The notes under the pieces are model-generated. The model saw only the letters and a program-made list of their open reading frames with translations, searched no databases and was not told the DNA's origin. From positions 32,001-96,000 of IMG/VR virus record IMGVR_UViG_3300026097_001055: DNA of 64,000 bases; one strand, written 5' to 3'. Shown here piece after piece: positions 62,575 through 64,000 of this stretch. How positions within the stretch are numbered: the first letter of the stretch is position 1; every line of letters begins with the position of its first letter. The translations under genes were made by a program, and so were the position numbers. This DNA is from a virus.

Positions 62575-63576
62575 TTACAAGGTTAAACTATAACTTGCAA
62601 GCTCATAAGGTAAACCATATTGTTTATTATCATAATGAAATCGTGCTGCTGTAAGTGCATTTGAAAGGTTGCGTAACCAATCTTTCATAGTACTTTGGCT
62701 AACTTGATAAGGATAAATTAAATTAAACGAATCAATTACTATAAAAGTAAACACAACTTTAAAATTGTTTAGTTCAGGAAACTGTTCTTTGACATAATGC
62801 CTAGCTAAAGTATAATAGATTGCAGCTTGCAAATCATATCTATAAAACTCTAAAGTATCCTTAAACTTTAATAATGGTTTACTTGTTGTCTTTAAATCAT
62901 TTACAAAGATAGTTTTAGATTCTTTATCTATCACAATGTTATCCACTATACCTTTTAAACCAAAAGAGACACCCTGCATATCCATTTTAAGTTTTAGCTC
63001 ATTATAAGTATTTGGACTATTCAGACACATCAAATTCATAACCTGTTCATCAGCTTTAAGGTATTCAATAGACTCTTCTGCTTTAATTTTAGTAGCTGAA
63101 TCTATGATAGCCCGACTACCTTTAGCTTTTAAAAAATCAAAATAGTCTTTATTTTCTTGAGTAAGTACTTTCTTTAATCTTTGTTCATCAGTTTTTAAAG
63201 ACTGATGAAGATTTATAGAAACTAAGATACTAAGAATTTCTTGACTAAAATCAGATAAGTTTAAAGTTTCATCATCTTGTTCAGAATAAACTTGAAAAGT
63301 TTTAAGTACTATATCTAAGTTATTACCTTTAGGTAATTTACTAGGAGACATTATAAACTTTTCATCGTATTTTTCAGGTTCTAGTAAAAGGCAGTGTAAT
63401 AAACTACCTTCTACTAAGTGTGCATCTGTTTTCTCTTCTCTATCATCTAAGATATAATGCTTATAAAAAGCTTTAGGTGAAAACAAAAGTTTATTTAATC
63501 CAGAATAACTAAAATAAAATTTTTTATCATAAAAATCTCTCATTTCCTGAGAATTAGAGTCTATTACTTCAATCAT
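62575..63576 (-). CDS. PD-(D/E)XK exonuclease (RecB/Cas4/DUF3799-like)
   Basis: SYSGL, GSLLHCLLLE, KGIVD, NDLKTT, YDLQAAIY motifs; ATG 63576 overlaps the upstream TGA. Confidence 0.85.
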   Translation of the reverse strand: MIEVIDSNSQEMRDFYDKKFYFSYSGLNKLLFSPKAFYKHYILDDREEKTDAHLVEGSLLHCLLLEPEKYDEKFIMSPSKLPKGNNLDIVLKTFQVYSEQDDETLNLSDFSQEILSILVSINLHQSLKTDEQRLKKVLTQENKDYFDFLKAKGSRAIIDSATKIKAEESIEYLKADEQVMNLMCLNSPNTYNELKLKMDMQGVSFGLKGIVDNIVIDKESKTIFVNDLKTTSKPLLKFKDTLEFYRYDLQAAIYYTLARHYVKEQFPELNNFKVVFTFIVIDSFNLIYPYQVSQSTMKDWLRNLSNALTAARFHYDNKQYGLPYELASYSLTL

Positions 63577-64000
63577 TACTTTCAATATTTATAATGTATA
63601 CATCTCCATAAGCTTTTATAAAATCAGGACTATCCATTACTAAAACTTTAGGTCTAATAATATCACGATTATCGTTTCTATATATACTAGTTGTTGTTTC
63701 AGGTTTAATAATATTTTCTGCTAATATGTCCATGTTTTCTTTTGTAAGTACTTTTTTATTAGCCAATTCATTAATTATTTTATTAAAGGGCATATTTATA
63801 TATCTTGGAAGCATATCAAAATAATTTAATAAACCTTTAAAGTTTACATGATTTTTCTTAGGAGATTGTTCAAATATATATCTATATTTATAAAATAAAA
63901 TAAGTAAATAAGCTGCACTTTTATTATAGGCACTATTAGCCATTAATTCCATAGCTAAAACTAAATTATCTTCATCACTACTATTAATCATTCCTTCTAA
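63569..64000 (-). CDS. Hypothetical protein (5'-truncated by window edge)
   Basis: Frame stays open from 63991 to the window end (LEG-MINSSDEDN..LAMELMAN). Confidence 0.65.
   Translation of the reverse strand, partial: LEGMINSSDEDNLVLAMELMANSAYNKSAAYLLILFYKYRYIFEQSPKKNHVNFKGLLNYFDMLPRYINMPFNKIINELANKKVLTKENMDILAENIIKPETTTSIYRNDNRDIIRPKVLVMDSPDFIKAYGDVYIINIESND

Noticed and set aside
62575-63576. Cas4-like nuclease as part of a CRISPR system
   Set aside because: No Fe-S cysteine cluster, no repeat-spacer array and no other cas genes; ordinary phage PD-(D/E)XK exonuclease
1-64000. Stop-codon reassignment (TAG/TGA), known in some crAss-like phages
   Set aside because: Giant ORFs are intact and densely packed under the standard code; the single in-frame stop is a TAA in the homing endonuclease
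1-64000. tRNA genes, CRISPR arrays, DGR or inteins
   Set aside because: No cloverleaf, spacer array, reverse transcriptase or intein splice motifs recognised; intergenic space is very limited

Overview
AT-rich 64-kb segment of a crAss-like (Crassvirales-related) podophage genome. The host is probably a Bacteroidota species (A-rich, SD-less starts; TTTG-N20/21-TAnnTTTG-type promoters) and the standard genetic code fits. The + strand (1-56774) is the virion module: a partial major capsid gene; a cluster of small Lys-rich genes plus a Dps/ferritin-like gene; ring and auxiliary capsid proteins; Cys-rich and collagen fibre proteins; IHF-like, tail tubular and tail stabilization (muzzle) proteins; then seven large cargo proteins, including a 3545-aa virion RNA polymerase (GSDFDIDK) and a polyvalent protein of about 2750 aa (3 HExxH, ART-like). 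A bidirectional terminator separates this from the - strand replication module: MazG-like pyrophosphatase, DUF932-like protein, a family B DNA polymerase split by a 1106-nt group I intron carrying a GIY-YIG endonuclease, and a PD-(D/E)XK nuclease. Most notable unexplained patterns: (1) the three largest cargo proteins carry cysteines only at their adjoining termini, suggesting a disulfide-linked ejection train; (2) two 3'-UTR hairpin+terminator elements have loops antisense to AAACC-type start regions; (3) a hydrophobic-x-x-GG motif is shared by the basic proteins and three cargo proteins; (4) a 17-bp palindrome sits at identical promoter positions before two cargo genes. Family names come from motif recall and synteny, not database searches.
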